Below are positions 63,208 to 64,000 of a stretch of DNA of 64,000 bases, one piece after another. The notes beneath the pieces were generated by a model that searched no databases, had not been told where the DNA came from, and worked only from the letters and a program-made list of their open reading frames with translations. Source of the DNA: Rhodosorus marinus CCMP1338 (Eukaryota > Plantae > Rhodophyta). The stretch covers positions 248,001-312,000 of the forward strand of contig JAMWBK010000002.1 of the NCBI GenBank assembly GCA_029953675.1. The letters are read 5' to 3'. Each line of letters starts with the position of its first letter. The first letter of the stretch is position 1. The position numbers and the translations under genes are program-made.

Positions 63208-64000
63208 CTAAAGCACGGGGGGGGCCGACCTCCTCTCGCTTGTGGGTAAAGGGTTCTGGACTGTGTAATCTGGAGAAGCTCTCGGGACTGGTCTCCGTAC
63301 AGATCCAGAGATTGCTGAGATGATATCTCCCATATCCTGCCCCTGCCCCAGTGCTCTGCGGAACTCCAAGAACTCGCTTGCGTTGGAACCGCTGTCGGAA
63401 GACCGGTCGTTGGGCGAACTAGTAGCGCCATCAACCGAACGCTGGCTCTTAGAAACCTCTTTAAGAAGCTCTACCAACCTGGCTTCCCAAGTAGCGAACA
63501 CCTCCTTGGGGGGAGTCCGTGTCGTTGCGACCTCCTCTGCGAGCTTCTGCGCGCGCTGTACGACCCCCATTTCCGCACCGAGAGACAAAGCAAGTGTATT
63601 GAGGCGCTCAACCCTCTCCAATAGCTCGTCCACGGGTGACGGACCCAGGTCGGCTTCCTCCTACAAAAAAGATCTCACGTCGCGAGTCAGTAGAAGCTGC
63701 GCTACTGTGGACAGACGTACCTTCTGAGAACTAGAGAGACTCACCATTGCGGATGGAGCTTCGAATTGAAAGTCTAGCTTTCTACGCCCATCCTCACGCT
63801 TGCGGATATCGTCTTCTCGATCCAGCAAAGCCTTTTCACTCGACTCGACTTCCTTTTGCCTCGCATCCAGGTCAGCTATTCTGACCTCATACGAAGCTTC
63901 CTTCTCAGATATCAGCTTTTGCTTTTCAGCCAAGCTTTCTTCCATATGTTCGAGCTCAACCGCTCTCGCCTCGAGGTCCCGCTTCGCGATTGCTGCTTCG
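63208..64000 (-). CDS. 3' part of a coiled-coil protein (5' end outside the window)
   Basis: E/K/R-rich heptad-like frame open to the window edge, then a probable intron and a last exon DELLERVERL...APPVL*. Confidence 0.65.

Overview
Gene-dense eukaryotic nuclear DNA with short GT-AG introns (mostly 55-120 nt, CTRAC branch points). A Toc34-family GTPase, a plastid-type BASS transporter and MxFV-type transit peptides indicate a primary-plastid alga, most consistent with an intron-containing unicellular red alga (inference; the species cannot be determined). About 22 protein-coding genes are supported: two tandem alpha/beta-hydrolase-fold paralogs, an M16C peptidase, a TPR protein, RPB5, a quinone oxidoreductase, a SNF5/zinc-finger protein, a CLASP-like protein, a secreted Cys-rich protein, a CBM25 plus sucrose-phosphatase-like fusion, SAM50, a Cet1-type RNA triphosphatase, a METTL21-like methyltransferase, SKP1, an AN1 zinc-finger protein, a GnT-V C-terminal-like module, Toc34, LARP4-like, BASS, Maf, RIO2, ZPR1 and a truncated coiled-coil gene. 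There is also one decayed Ty3/Gypsy chromovirus and several local repeats. The most striking observations: (1) the dead retrotransposon keeps its promoter LTR and carries a ~400-bp near-perfect fold-back inversion at the gag-protease junction, resembling a hairpin-RNA 'killer' allele; (2) a starch-binding CBM25 fused to an intact sucrose-phosphatase-type HAD enzyme; (3) a SNF5 chromatin-remodeller core fused to YY1-like C2H2 fingers; (4) two hydrolase paralogs that both lack the catalytic nucleophile. No searches were run. Family calls rest on recognised motifs, and exon boundaries were inferred by hand from splice signals and reading frame.
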